From positions 59,892,001 to 59,956,000 of the forward strand of contig NC_043009.1 in assembly GCF_006345805.1 (NCBI RefSeq): a DNA stretch of 64,000 nt, read 5' to 3'. The position numbers and the translations under genes were made by a program. The notes under the pieces are model-generated. The model did not search any database, was not told the origin of the DNA, and saw nothing but the letters and a program-made list of their open reading frames with translations. Positions 51,822-64,000 of this stretch are shown piece after piece (the first letter of the stretch is position 1; every line of letters starts with the position of its first letter). Source of the stretch: Octopus sinensis (lineage: Eukaryota).

Positions 51822-52003
51822 GCAGACAGAGTGCACAGCACGTAAGTGAGCCAAATGTTGGACTGTGGGAGTGAATTCATCATAATTAGTCAGGTGGATT
51901 TTGTTTGAATGCGAACTAAGATATCTCTTTACCGGAGAGAAAATAGATAGATAGATAGGTAGGTAGGTATGTAGGTAGGTATGTAGGTAAGTAGGTAGGT
52001 AGG

Positions 52004-52045
<42 letters not shown>

Positions 52046-52074
52046 CACATTTTTTTCTCTCCTTGTTTCTCTCC

Positions 52075-52220
52075 CTGTTTTTTTTCTGTGTCCCTTTCTG
52101 TAGAAGAGCGTAGGCTCGAAACGTAAGAGACTTTTTCTATTCCTGAGCGTTATACTAATACATCTGTTTGTTTTGCACACCACCTGTCTTCGTCTTTTGC
52201 TTTTTTCGTAAACTCTCCCT
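52075..52220 (+). mobile_element. Penelope-like terminal-repeat fragment with degenerate minimal hammerhead-like core
   Basis: CTGTAGA-A-GAGC-GTAG-GCTC-GAAACGTA; related segments at 37260-37350 and 53575-53715. Confidence 0.5.
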
Positions 52221-52288
<68 letters not shown>

Positions 52289-53574
52289 GTAAATAGAGTA
52301 TAGTCTATTGAATTGATTCCAGCTTATAACGGATTTCATGAATGCAAAAAAAAAAAAAAATTATTAATCACGGTGAAATTCGAACTCAGAATGTTGAGAT
52401 ATAACAGTAAATTGTACAATGACAAACAGTAGCTCGCTCTTACATTTTGCTAAGCTGCCGCCTTTAGGCACCAATGGTTCACAGTCTAGGGTAGGGGCTG
52501 TAGTCGTTTGAGTTGAGTCAAGTATATGACTGATTTTATCCAGCCTTGGAAAGATGAAAGGCAAAGCGGTGCCCAGCGGGCTTTGAACTCAGAACATTAA
52601 AAAGACGAAACTAAACACCGCAAGATATTTTGTCCACCACTTTACTGATTCTTCCGATCCAACGAGCTCCTTCATAATATCATAATTATTAAACATGACC
52701 AACAACACCAATAACCTCAGTAACAATAGCAACAAAGGCAGCAGTAACAATGATAATGAAGAAAACTATGTTGTTAGCTGATTTCCAGACCGATTCCTGT
52801 ACTCCATAATTTTACAGTTATCTTTATTAGATGAATGGTTATTTTCAATTCCTATCATATTCCACAAACAAGACTTAAATTACTGGTCTCTTTCATACAA
52901 ATTTGTTGATTTATTTTTACAAAAGAAGCGTAAATTTATTGTTTGGCGGAATTTCGTTCGATGTTTGAGTATGAATAATTAATAGTTATATTGTCGGCAG
53001 ACGACGTAATTGCCAAACGCAGACGGTTTTTATATGTTTATTTTTTTTTAATGGTGTAGACAAAGTAATAAGGATCTTTTTCAGGATCTCCGTGACTGGA
53101 AAGAGGGATATCGGGATGGTTTGAGAAATAATTGTTTCCAATTTAGAATCAAAACCAGCAGCTTTGACTCCACCATTTGACTGGTACTTTATTTTACTCA
53201 CCTCGAAATGTTAAAAGGCAAAATTGATTTCAGCGGGATTTGAACGCAGAACGTAAAGAGCTGGGAGAAATACAGAAAGACACTTTACTTTGTTTGCCAT
53301 GCTAACAATTTTTCAATCCGCCATTTTATTGGCGATTCTAGAACCGAAATAATGGTTTTCAATTTCGGCATAGGGCCAACAGTTTTGAGGAGAGAGGGTT
53401 CTTCAATACTATCGACTCCGACACTTGACTAGTCGCTCTATCTTATCGAAACCGAGTGAATTTTCTCCCTGACTTATTATGGTCTCTTAGGCGACTCATA
53501 CACGCGCGTATATCAAATGAGACCGCGTGTGTATCGTTGGCGATTTTTTTTCCTCCGTCTTCCCTCCTTGGATC

Positions 53575-53712
53575 TTTCCTTTTTCTATGTTTCTGACGAA
53601 GAGCTCCACTCGAAACGGTAAATCTTTCTTTCCTTTCCTGAGCGTCCAAAACACTATACTTGTTCCACGTCCTCGCGTTGTGTTTTCTCTTTGTGTTTTC
53701 ATGTTTTGATTA

Positions 53713-53715
<3 letters not shown>
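53575..53715 (+). mobile_element. Penelope-like terminal-repeat fragment with hammerhead-like core
   Basis: CTGACGA(53593-99)-A-GAG-CTCCA-CTC-GAAAC(53612-16)-GGTA, followed by TTCCTGAGCGT as in the 52.1-kb copy. Confidence 0.5.
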
Positions 53716-53802
<87 letters not shown>

Positions 53803-54090
53803 ATATTTGCATGTTTATTATACCTATGTATGTATGGATATTCACACATACACACACACAAATACCAATACATATATGTACAATGTGTTGTTTTTTTAAA
53901 AACTGAGAATGCATATAGCTAGAGGAAACAAACTTCGTATAAGTCTAAAGTTCACACTCACATATTTAATAATGTCTTGACTCAGCTCCGCATGACTTGA
54001 AGTTTCGTGAGTGTGTACGACGAACTCACCTCCGATATTTGATGAAATTAGTTCACATGGAACTGAGTCAAACTGTTATTAATAGAAGTA

Positions 54091-54602
54091 CCGTAAATCC
54101 TCGAGTATAGCCCGCCCTTGAGTATAATACGCAGGGGATTTTTAGGGGGCTGTACCTCTGAAAAACCTAAACCTTGTGTATAATATGCAAACTTCTCTAA
54201 CTTGAGTCAAGGAGGTCTATGTAACGTCCTTGGTTTGTAAAAATGTATACGGCAACGTCCTTTAATATTATTGTATATATAACATAATGCAAATGTGTAG
54301 CTTTTTTGTGCATTTTGTTTGCAGAAAATAAAGAAATAACAGTAATAACGTTTAATAAATGTTGCTTACTGCAAATTATGGATGATTCTTTTATGACTTC
54401 ATTGCTTTCAGGCTTAGCTTAAGGTATTTTCGCCCCCGACATCACAAAATTCGTCTGAATAAACATTGCCGAAAAGCAAATAGAGACTTGAACATTGCTT
54501 AGAAAATAATTTTCATTTTCAACCTCGTGTATAATACGCACTAGGAATTTTGACCTTTAAATTTTGGGGGAAAAAATGCGGATTATACTCGAAGATTTAC
54601 GG
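54091..54602. mobile_element. Tc1/mariner-superfamily MITE, copy 2
   Basis: 19-bp TIR (18/19 match) CCGTAAATCCTCGAGTATA; TA TSD on both sides (54089-90, 54603-04). Confidence 0.92.
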
Positions 54603-54979
54603 TATATGTAACTCCAAACAAATATGTTTACCATTTTCTTTATATATAAGCCAGGTGATACTAACAGGGAAACAGAAATCAAAACAGGGACATAAACAAA
54701 TGCACACACACATACACACACACATTTAAATCTAAGCGAATGACATCTTTAGTAGGCTTCTAGGAAAAACTCAAACGAAATAAATTCTGTTTTCATAATC
54801 TGTCAGGAGTGCCATGGGACATGTAAAGTAATATTTATGCAGAACTAAAAGTGATGGAAATCTGCAAAAACAGAAAAACAGGACACATTAACTCTAAGCC
54901 TTTAGTCCATCAATAAATGGTACTTGCAGTTAAATAACCCCAGGTGACTGCTCGAGCAACAACAATACCCACAGAATGA

Positions 54980-55024
<45 letters not shown>

Positions 55025-55057
55025 ATCTTCTATCTATCTATCTATATATATATATTT

Positions 55058-55126
<69 letters not shown>

Positions 55127-55479
55127 GAGAGAGGTGGGAGAGAGAGAGACAGACAAAGAGAGAGAGAGAGAGAGAGAGAGATTCAAATAAATAAACTCTT
55201 GAGTTTTAACATACAAAATATATATTTTGAGATTCTGTATTGAGATTCTCTTGGTCTCATCTGTTGACTCTCTGTCTGTCTGTCTCTCCATCTGTCTGTC
55301 TGTCCGTCCATCTGTCTGTCTCTCTTTTCCCCACTCTCTCTTTCTCCCTCTCTCTCTGTCTCTCTCTCAAAAACCTCTCAATCCAATAACACCGTGTACA
55401 AACTCTATGCTTGGAATAACCAATTTTATATATTATTGGAACTTACACACAAGGCACAAGACATATGTATACCTATTTC

Positions 55480-55695
55480 TTTATTGCCCACAAGGGGCTA
55501 AACATAGAGGGGACAAACAAGGACAGACATAGGTATTAAGTCGATTACATCGACCCCAGTGCGTAACTGGTACTTAATTTATCGACCCCGATGAAAGTCA
55601 ACCTCGGCGGAATTTGAACTCAGAACGTTGTGACAGACGAAATACCGCTAAGCATTTCGCATGGCGCGCTAACGTTTCTGCCAGCTCGCCGCCTT
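55480..55695 (-). mobile_element. SINE family C, single copy
   Basis: Family C body and head. Confidence 0.85.
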
Positions 55696-56103
55696 ATATG
55701 TATACCAGTCTACTTAAATAATAGAACTGCTGGTACACAACTGCTGCATATCTCACGTTTGTTTTCATTCCTCCACTTCACTCTCTATTTCATATCTTCT
55801 CTCGAATAACTATTGCTTAACCTCCTTATCGCACCGTCTCCGATCAAGGGATATATAAAATATCCCAGAAACAGCTGTAAGGCCTTCCCTTTATAAGTGT
55901 TCTGAAATCTCTCACAGCCTTGGATTTTTATCTCATTCTGTTAATTAATATATATTATATATATTATATATATATATATACTCACATATCAACGCTTCAA
56001 TAGATTTTCTTTCAAGCCATTTAGTTCACATACACACTAACACACACACAACACGCACACACACGTGTAAATATATATATATATATATATATTATACATA
56101 TAC

Positions 56104-56143
<40 letters not shown>

Positions 56144-56320
56144 TAGATATATATATATATATTAATGGAAAACCTCTATAAATGGCTGATGATTGTTCAA
56201 CATTTTAAAACTGTTGTAATACATAGAATATTTAATAAAATGATGTAGCGTGAAACGATCGTACCAAATTACCGAAGTTATTCTTGTTGCTGATTTCTGA
56301 TATATATATATATTATATAT

Positions 56321-56366
<46 letters not shown>

Positions 56367-56376
56367 TGTGTGTGGG

Positions 56377-56426
<50 letters not shown>

Positions 56427-57194
56427 TGTGTGTGTGTGCTTTCCATTTTAGTTTTGAATACTTTTTACATTAAGTATGGAAGCATCAATACCTTTTGGAC
56501 ATTTTAGCTTCGCCATTAACAGCGCTTATCGACTTTTTAATGAAAATCAAGGTGACAGACATCTCAAAAGGAAACGACGCACACACACTCGCATGCGTAC
56601 GCACGCACACATATATCATGTAACATGTTCATGTATTCTTAGATGTGTGTGTGTGTGTTGTATATATACACACACACTCACACTCTCACGTTCATATATA
56701 TTCATGTATGTCTGTATGTATGTATGTATGTATGTATGTATGTATGTATGTATGTATGTATGTATGTATGTATGTATGTATCTAGCCTTTTCTTTACACG
56801 GATGTAAGTGATCTTGTTTCTTACTTTAAAAAAAATTTCTTTTTATGATACACGATCCTTTTTGATCGCCTTTTTTTTCCGATCCCTTTTGATCGAAATT
56901 TTACATTTGTTTCCTTTTTTTCCTTTTTCCTTTTTCATCTTCGAAAAGAAAAGCTCTACATTTGTATTTGTCCCTTCTGTGTTCAGCCCTGTGTGGCCAA
57001 TAAAGAAAGTTATCTATTTATCTATCTATGAAGCCACCTTGAGCATAATCCTATGAACCCGGGAAAATTTAAAACAGAGGGTTACCTACTTGCAAACAAA
57101 TGTGGTAACATGTAACATTATTGACCGAGGTTACTGTGGTCTTTCCCGTAGGCTTTTCTTTCCACGGATAAACCTTATCTGCTTCTCCCTTTAC

Positions 57195-57860
<666 letters not shown>

Positions 57861-58263
57861 ACGCACATATATATTTATATATATATTGAAATAGTTTGAA
57901 TGTTTCAAGCATGTCTTTTAAGCCATCGATCTTAACAGGTATCGATCGACTTAAATAGTTTTCCGACTCGGAGTTGTCTAGATCTCAAGTAATTATATGA
58001 CAACCAATGTCTCTTTTACCTGTGTGTAGTGGTCTGGGTGGGGTGGGGGAGGCGGAAGGCATCAAAAGACGAATATATATATAGAATTTACTCTACTCAT
58101 ACAGACACTAACACACAGACGCATGCGCATACACGCAAGCGAAGACACAACACACACACACACACACACACAGATGGTGTATGTTCATGCATATAACATT
58201 CTTCTGTCTTCTGTTTTAAATATATATGTGTTTTGTGCGTGCATGTATGCGAGGCGTTGTAAG

Positions 58264-58343
<80 letters not shown>

Positions 58344-58449
58344 GTGTGTCTGTCTATCTGTATGTCTGTCTGTCTGACTGTCTGTCTGTCTGTATGCCTG
58401 TCTGCCTGTTTGGTTGTCCGCGTGTCTGTCTGTCTGTCTATCTTTCTGT

Positions 58450-58531
<82 letters not shown>

Positions 58532-58592
58532 CTCTCTATATAGGTAGCTAGTTAGATATACATACATATATAGAAAAGTAGATAAATGTAGA

Positions 58593-58634
<42 letters not shown>

Positions 58635-59604
58635 CATACAGAGAGAGAGAGAGAGAAGAGAGGCAAAAGTTTTTCTTTCTCACTCTTTCTCTCCCCGTCT
58701 CTCTGTAAGTGTTCAAAAGTCTTTAGGTACAAAATGTTTCCAAGATATCATTCTAAGAGATCTTTAGGTAGTCCATTATTAAATTCTGCCGAACTCAACT
58801 TTGCGTATCAATCAAGTTATCGATTTAACCGTAGATGAATGAAATATGTGTACGCGGTTAAAAGAGGAAGTCGCCTTTGTCTCAAATGTGTAATAGTATT
58901 AGAAGGTGATTTTGTAAGATATGTGTTATGTCAGATATGTTAGGTGTCAGACAGAGTTAGGTGATTATTATAGAAATTGTAGTAGCAAGGTGTATTACAA
59001 CAGTCAGTTGTGATTGTGTAAAATGTGTATTGTGTACGTTGTGGTATAGAACTAGGAGGACATTGTACAGAATATGCTGGTGAGAAGTATCGCGCTTCCT
59101 TTTCATGTAAAAATTAAATAAAAGAGAAGTCGATAAGGGTTTGGTCGAAGAGAAAAATTATCTGTCAACCACACAACTTTTTCCATTGAAGCTAACAGAT
59201 TGAGGAAAAGTGCCTGTTTTTTTTTGTCTTTTTCTTTTGAAATCAAAGTAAGGCGATTGGATGATTTTTCACAATGGGCTAGGCCAGTAGCGAGGCCAGA
59301 GATTTCTGGAAATTATCTATAGTCCTTAGGTCAGCAGTCCTCTGGAATAGACCAGCCAGTTTATCATCGTTGATGTTTAGAGTTTACTCGAGAATGCCTT
59401 TTCTCTTTCTAGTTGCTAGTCATCTGTTGGATGTTAACGTGGGAGTTTCACTGGCTGCGTTGCTAGATTGATAGAAGGCCGTGAGCGCATGGCAATATTC
59501 TAGATGCCTAAAGCGGTGAGCAGGCAGAATCGTTACCATGCTGGAGAAATTCCTGCGGCATTTGTATCGACTTTACGTTCTGGGTTCAAATGTCGTCAGC
59601 TCTA

Positions 59605-59905
59605 GACCGGTCTGAAATGTTTGATGATAATATTTGATAGATACTACCTGTCTGATCCAGTTTGAACCGGTTGGGAGCGGTTTGAATAGATTTGAACCGG
59701 TCTGAACTGGTTTGAACGGGTTTGGGCCGGTTAAAACTGGTTTGATTGATGCGACGTGTTTGATTCGGCTCCAGCCGGTCTGGATCGATCTGATCCGTTT
59801 TGGACCTGTTTGAACGGGTTTTGACCGATCTGATCTGATATGGACCGGTTTGGACAGTTTGTACCAGTTTGGACAGCTTGTACCGGTTTGGACCGGTTAG
59901 GATTA
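59605..59905. repeat. Degenerate ~10-bp repeat (ACCGGTTTGG/GGTTTGAACC)
   Basis: Many imperfect decamer copies, ending in TTAGGATTAGGG. Confidence 0.75.
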
Positions 59906-60754
59906 GGGTTTGATGTTTGATGAAGATGTTTTATGAAGATATGATGTTTGATGAAGACGTTTAATGACAATACCTGGTGTCCATTTGGGATCTTTGCTCG
60001 ACCCAGGACTGCAACTCCTTCAAAGAGGCATGATGTGGGAAAACATGCCTGGCAAAAGGCGACCAGCCTTGGCTTGCCAACCCCTTTGCATCACAAGTGG
60101 AGCGTGTCCCATCGATAAAAAATGCAAAGGAGCAGACCCACCAATTCGCTCAGATGAAAACTGAAACAAGGTGCGATGCTCAAGTGATATTTTATATATA
60201 CGTCTTCGCCACCTTTTACTGTACATTAAAAAATAGCTTCTCATCAGCCTATTTCTGGGTGAGATTGGTTACAATGTTCGTAACCAGCCCCAATCTACTT
60301 AGAGACCCGAACGAACCAGACCCCCAAACAACTTAACCGAGATATCGAACCACTCTCCGCGTATGCAACCCCAAGGACATGTCCGGGTTAACATTCGCTC
60401 CTGTCATCCTGCCGTATTTCTTTAGAACGTTGTTAACCATCTTGTCTTCTATGGTTCCTGACAATTACAGTGAGATCATCCGCATAAGATAATCTCACAA
60501 ACGAAATGTATCTAAGCAGCTCCAGTTTCCTAAGCAGTGGATCGGTAGTCATTAGCACTCAGAAGAGACATTAGTGGAAAAGATCCCGATATGTTACCAT
60601 TTCATCTGAGTACCGAGAAGGTGCCGGTGTACAGATAAATCAAGTAACATTTTCTCATATGACCCATATGATCCCTTGTAGTTCACATAATATTTTTTTG
60701 GGTCCAAACAAGCAAAATAGTAAACTGGGTCCAATATAATATTTTATAGATCTC

Positions 60755-61123
60755 TTTACTCTTTTACTCTCTTTTACATGTTTCAGTCATTTGACTGCGG
60801 CCATGCTGTAGCACCACCTTTTAGTCTAGCAAATCGACCCCCAGGACTTATTCTTTGTAAGCCTAGTACTTATTCTATCGGTCTCTTTTGCCGAACCGCT
60901 AAGTTACAGGGACAAACACAGACACACAAACATACACACACACGCACATATATATAAATATACATCTTCTTTCAGTTTCCGTCTACCAAGTCCACTCACA
61001 AGGCATTGGTCGGCCCGAAGCTATAGTAGAAGACACTTGCCCAAGGTGTCACGCAGTGGGAATGAACCCAGAACCATGTGGTTCGTAAGCAAGCTACTTA
61101 CCACAGAGCCACTCCTACGCCTA
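60755..61123 (-). mobile_element. SINE family A/B with internal deletion
   Basis: Homology to 12885-13340. Confidence 0.85.
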
Positions 61124-61687
61124 TGAAAAATTTCTGCTTTAGTTGTATTTATTGCAAGAAACATCGAGCTTTCTTTAACGTTTTACATTGTTCAACCTAC
61201 ACAAGGGAATCTATACCAAAGAAAATAAGAATTTTGAAAGAAGTGTCTATAAAGCTAGTTTTTAGACAGTGCATTGCAATGAGGGTCCACTTTGTTCCTT
61301 CTCGAGCCACGCGTGGCTCATAAGGGCCGGTTTCCCGGTTTCCTTGGTGTATAGGTTCCCCATCTGGACGGGACGCCCGTCCGTCGCCGAGGTCGACTTT
61401 GCTTTTCATCCTTTCGGGGTCGATAAATAAAGTACCAGTTACACACTGGGGTCGATATAATCGACTTAATCCGTTTGTCTGTCCTTGTTTGTCCTCTCTG
61501 TGTTTAGCCCCTCGTGGGTAGTAAAGAAATATATGGCTTTCAATGTACGAATCCTACAACCACAACATTTACCACAACTTCAACAGCAACTGTTTTATCC
61601 AAATCCAAAACTGCTGTTTAACAACTCTAAGAGGTTCACATTCATACATATACACATTTAAAAACATAAGCACACGCACACACATAT

Positions 61688-61722
<35 letters not shown>

Positions 61723-61859
61723 GAGGCACAATTTAAAAGAAAACCATCCAGAAATGTAGTCGAAGAAATTGCCATGTTCGCGTGATCTACTAATTATATC
61801 TGTAGACTGATTTTAACACCTTACTCCAAGCTATAATTTGCAAAGGGGAAGGAGGAGGG

Positions 61860-61979
61860 GAGAAGGAGGAGAAGACCAAACAACAACAGCAACAACAAAA
61901 TAAACTACTACTACTACTACTACTGATGCTGCTGCTGCTGCTGCTACTACTACTACTACTACCACCATCACCACTACCC

Positions 61980-62025
<46 letters not shown>

Positions 62026-62079
62026 CACCACCACCACCACTACCACTACCCCTACTACCACTATGCCCTACTACTACTA

Positions 62080-62121
<42 letters not shown>

Positions 62122-62125
62122 TTAT
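61860..62125. repeat. (CTA)/(CTG)/(CCA) trinucleotide repeat
   Basis: Seen directly. Confidence 0.92.
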
Positions 62126-62392
62126 TGCTACTCCTAATGCTAATCTAAACAATCATTTAAACAGAGTCTAAATAGTTCACAATTAGAAACACATCTAGCT
62201 GCAATCGTGTTCTGCGTTTTTGAATCTTAATATCTGTCTGGCGACATTAACTCAGCTTCGAGATACAGATTATATATTTTGAAATGGAAATTGAAAGGAA
62301 AGAGAGAAAAAAGTTGTTAACTCTTCAAAAATTCAAACAGCATCTGGTAACATTAAATGATTTAGCAAAATACATAGTGACTCGATTTGATG

Positions 62393-62492
<100 letters not shown>

Positions 62493-62705
62493 GTCTGTCT
62501 GTCTATCTGTCTTTCTGTCTGTCTGTCTGTCTGTCTGCACTTTACATCATGACATTTCTGTGATACACGATTCCTATTGATCTTTTTTTCTACGATCCCT
62601 TTTGATCGAAAACCTACCCTCCTTTTTTTTCCTCCCCAAAAAGAAAAGCTCTACTTTGTAATTTGTCCCCCCTGTGTTCAGCCCTGTGTGGCTTATAAAG
62701 AAACA

Positions 62706-62803
<98 letters not shown>

Positions 62804-62804
<1 letters not shown>

Positions 62805-64000
62805 GAGGTGTGCTCCTTAAAGATTTGCCCTGAACCACTTCCCAAGTACTGGGATAAATGAAACTTGTCATAATTATTAGTCCTTCTCTACATAGCCACC
62901 ACCAATGGTGATACACTTCTCCCATCGCTTTATGCAGCTGTGAGGACCTCGTTTGTAGAAGTCAGTAGGTTGCAGCTAGAGCCAAGACTTTACCTTAGAA
63001 ATAAGTTCGTCATCACCCGAAAACTGCTTCACCTTCAAAAAAGACTTCATGGTTGGAAAGAGGTGGAAATCAGACAGTGCAAGGTCGGGAGAATAAGCGG
63101 GATGAGGAAGGATTTCATAGCTACAGGAGTGTACTTTCATCTGGGCAGCATGTGTATTTCGGACTGGGACGTTGTCTTGGAGAAGGCAGACTCCTTTGGT
63201 CAGGATACCACACCTCTCTGCCTTAATGGCGTACCGCAATTTCTGCATTAGAGAAGCATAATACACTCCGTTAATTGTGGTGCCCTTTGCCAGTAAATCC
63301 ATCATCATTACTCCGCGTTGCTCCCATAATATTATGAGCGTCACCTTGCCTGCTGAGGGTTGGACACGAGCCGTCTTTGGAGGTGGTGTGTAATCATGCT
63401 TTGTTGTTTGTTCCTTCTCGAGCCAAACCTGGCTCATAAGGGCCGGTTTCCCGGTTTCCTTGGCGTATAGGTTCCCCACCTGGACGGAACGCCGGTCGGT
63501 CGCAGGTGAGCTGAAAGATGCAGGAAGAAAGAGTGAGAGAAAGTTGTGGCGAAAGAGCCAGCAGAAGTTCGCCATTACCTTCAGCCGGAGCCGCGTGGAG
63601 CTTAGGTGTTTCGCTCATAAACACACACATCGCCCAGTCTGAGATTCGAACCCGCGAGTCCGCTGCTCTAACAACTAGGCCATGTAATCATGCTTCCATT
63701 ACTTCGATTGGACTTTGGTCTCAGGATCACAGTGGTGGACTCATGTTTCATCCTGTGTGATAAGTCTGCCGAAAAAGACCACTTCGTTTTCTTGGTACAT
63801 TGCCAAAAGAGCCTGGGAGCAAATGACTCGTTCCTGTTTCTGAAAAGGTGTGAACATCCGGGGAATCCATCATGTAGACAATTTCCCCATGTGCAAATTG
63901 TCGTGAGTGATTTTTTTTGCACGGACCCTACACTTGTCCTCATTCCTTGCGATAGTTGCCGAATAGTTATGCGGTGAACCTCCAAAATGGCGGCTTTCAC
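62804..64000 (-). mobile_element. Decayed mariner (DD34D) transposon, runs off window end
   Basis: QDETWVHH...QWKH|DY...SAGKV...LLQDN-(34 aa)-YSPDLALSDFHLF...RWEKCITIGGGYVEK*; premature stop at 62976, frameshifts; terminus TA|TGAGG at 62802-62808. Confidence 0.93.
63402..63682 (-). mobile_element. Chimeric SINE (family E-like head, family F-like tail) inserted in the mariner ORF
   Basis: 13-bp TSD TGTAATCATGCTT at 63389-63401 and 63683-63695. Confidence 0.9.

Noticed and set aside
58900-59500. Possible decayed LINE ORF on the minus strand
   Set aside because: Multiple stops and no RT or endonuclease motif I could recognise.

Overview
Repeat-dense eukaryotic genomic DNA. The SINE repertoire and the abundance of (TA)/(CA)/(GATA) microsatellites suggest a cephalopod (Octopus-like); this is an inference, not a database result. 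One protein-coding gene is supported: an MFSD4B/NaGLT1-like major facilitator transporter on the + strand, with 3 coding exons (2511-2699, 10560-10845, 14374-16373) encoding 824 aa and an unusual ~330-aa Ser/Thr-rich loop. The rest is tRNA-derived SINEs of several families, two CR1-type LINE 3' fragments, Tc1/mariner elements (a decayed DD34D mariner and MITEs), Helitron-like elements, and micro/minisatellites. The standout is a 5.9-kb tandem array (39362-45240) of ~405-bp units sitting between two (TA)n tracts. Each of its 14 complete unit junctions contains an intact type I hammerhead ribozyme motif: stem I TCTCA/TGAGA, CTGATGA core, GAAAC-TGCA-GTC cleavage site, and a predicted stem I bulge/stem II loop pseudoknot. 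It looks like a non-LTR retrozyme or ribozyme satellite that could yield ~405-nt self-cleaved, possibly circular RNAs. Degenerate minimal hammerhead-like cores also occur at ~52.1 and ~53.6 kb. No CRISPR, rRNA or bona fide tRNA genes were seen. SINE and microsatellite boundaries are approximate, read by eye.
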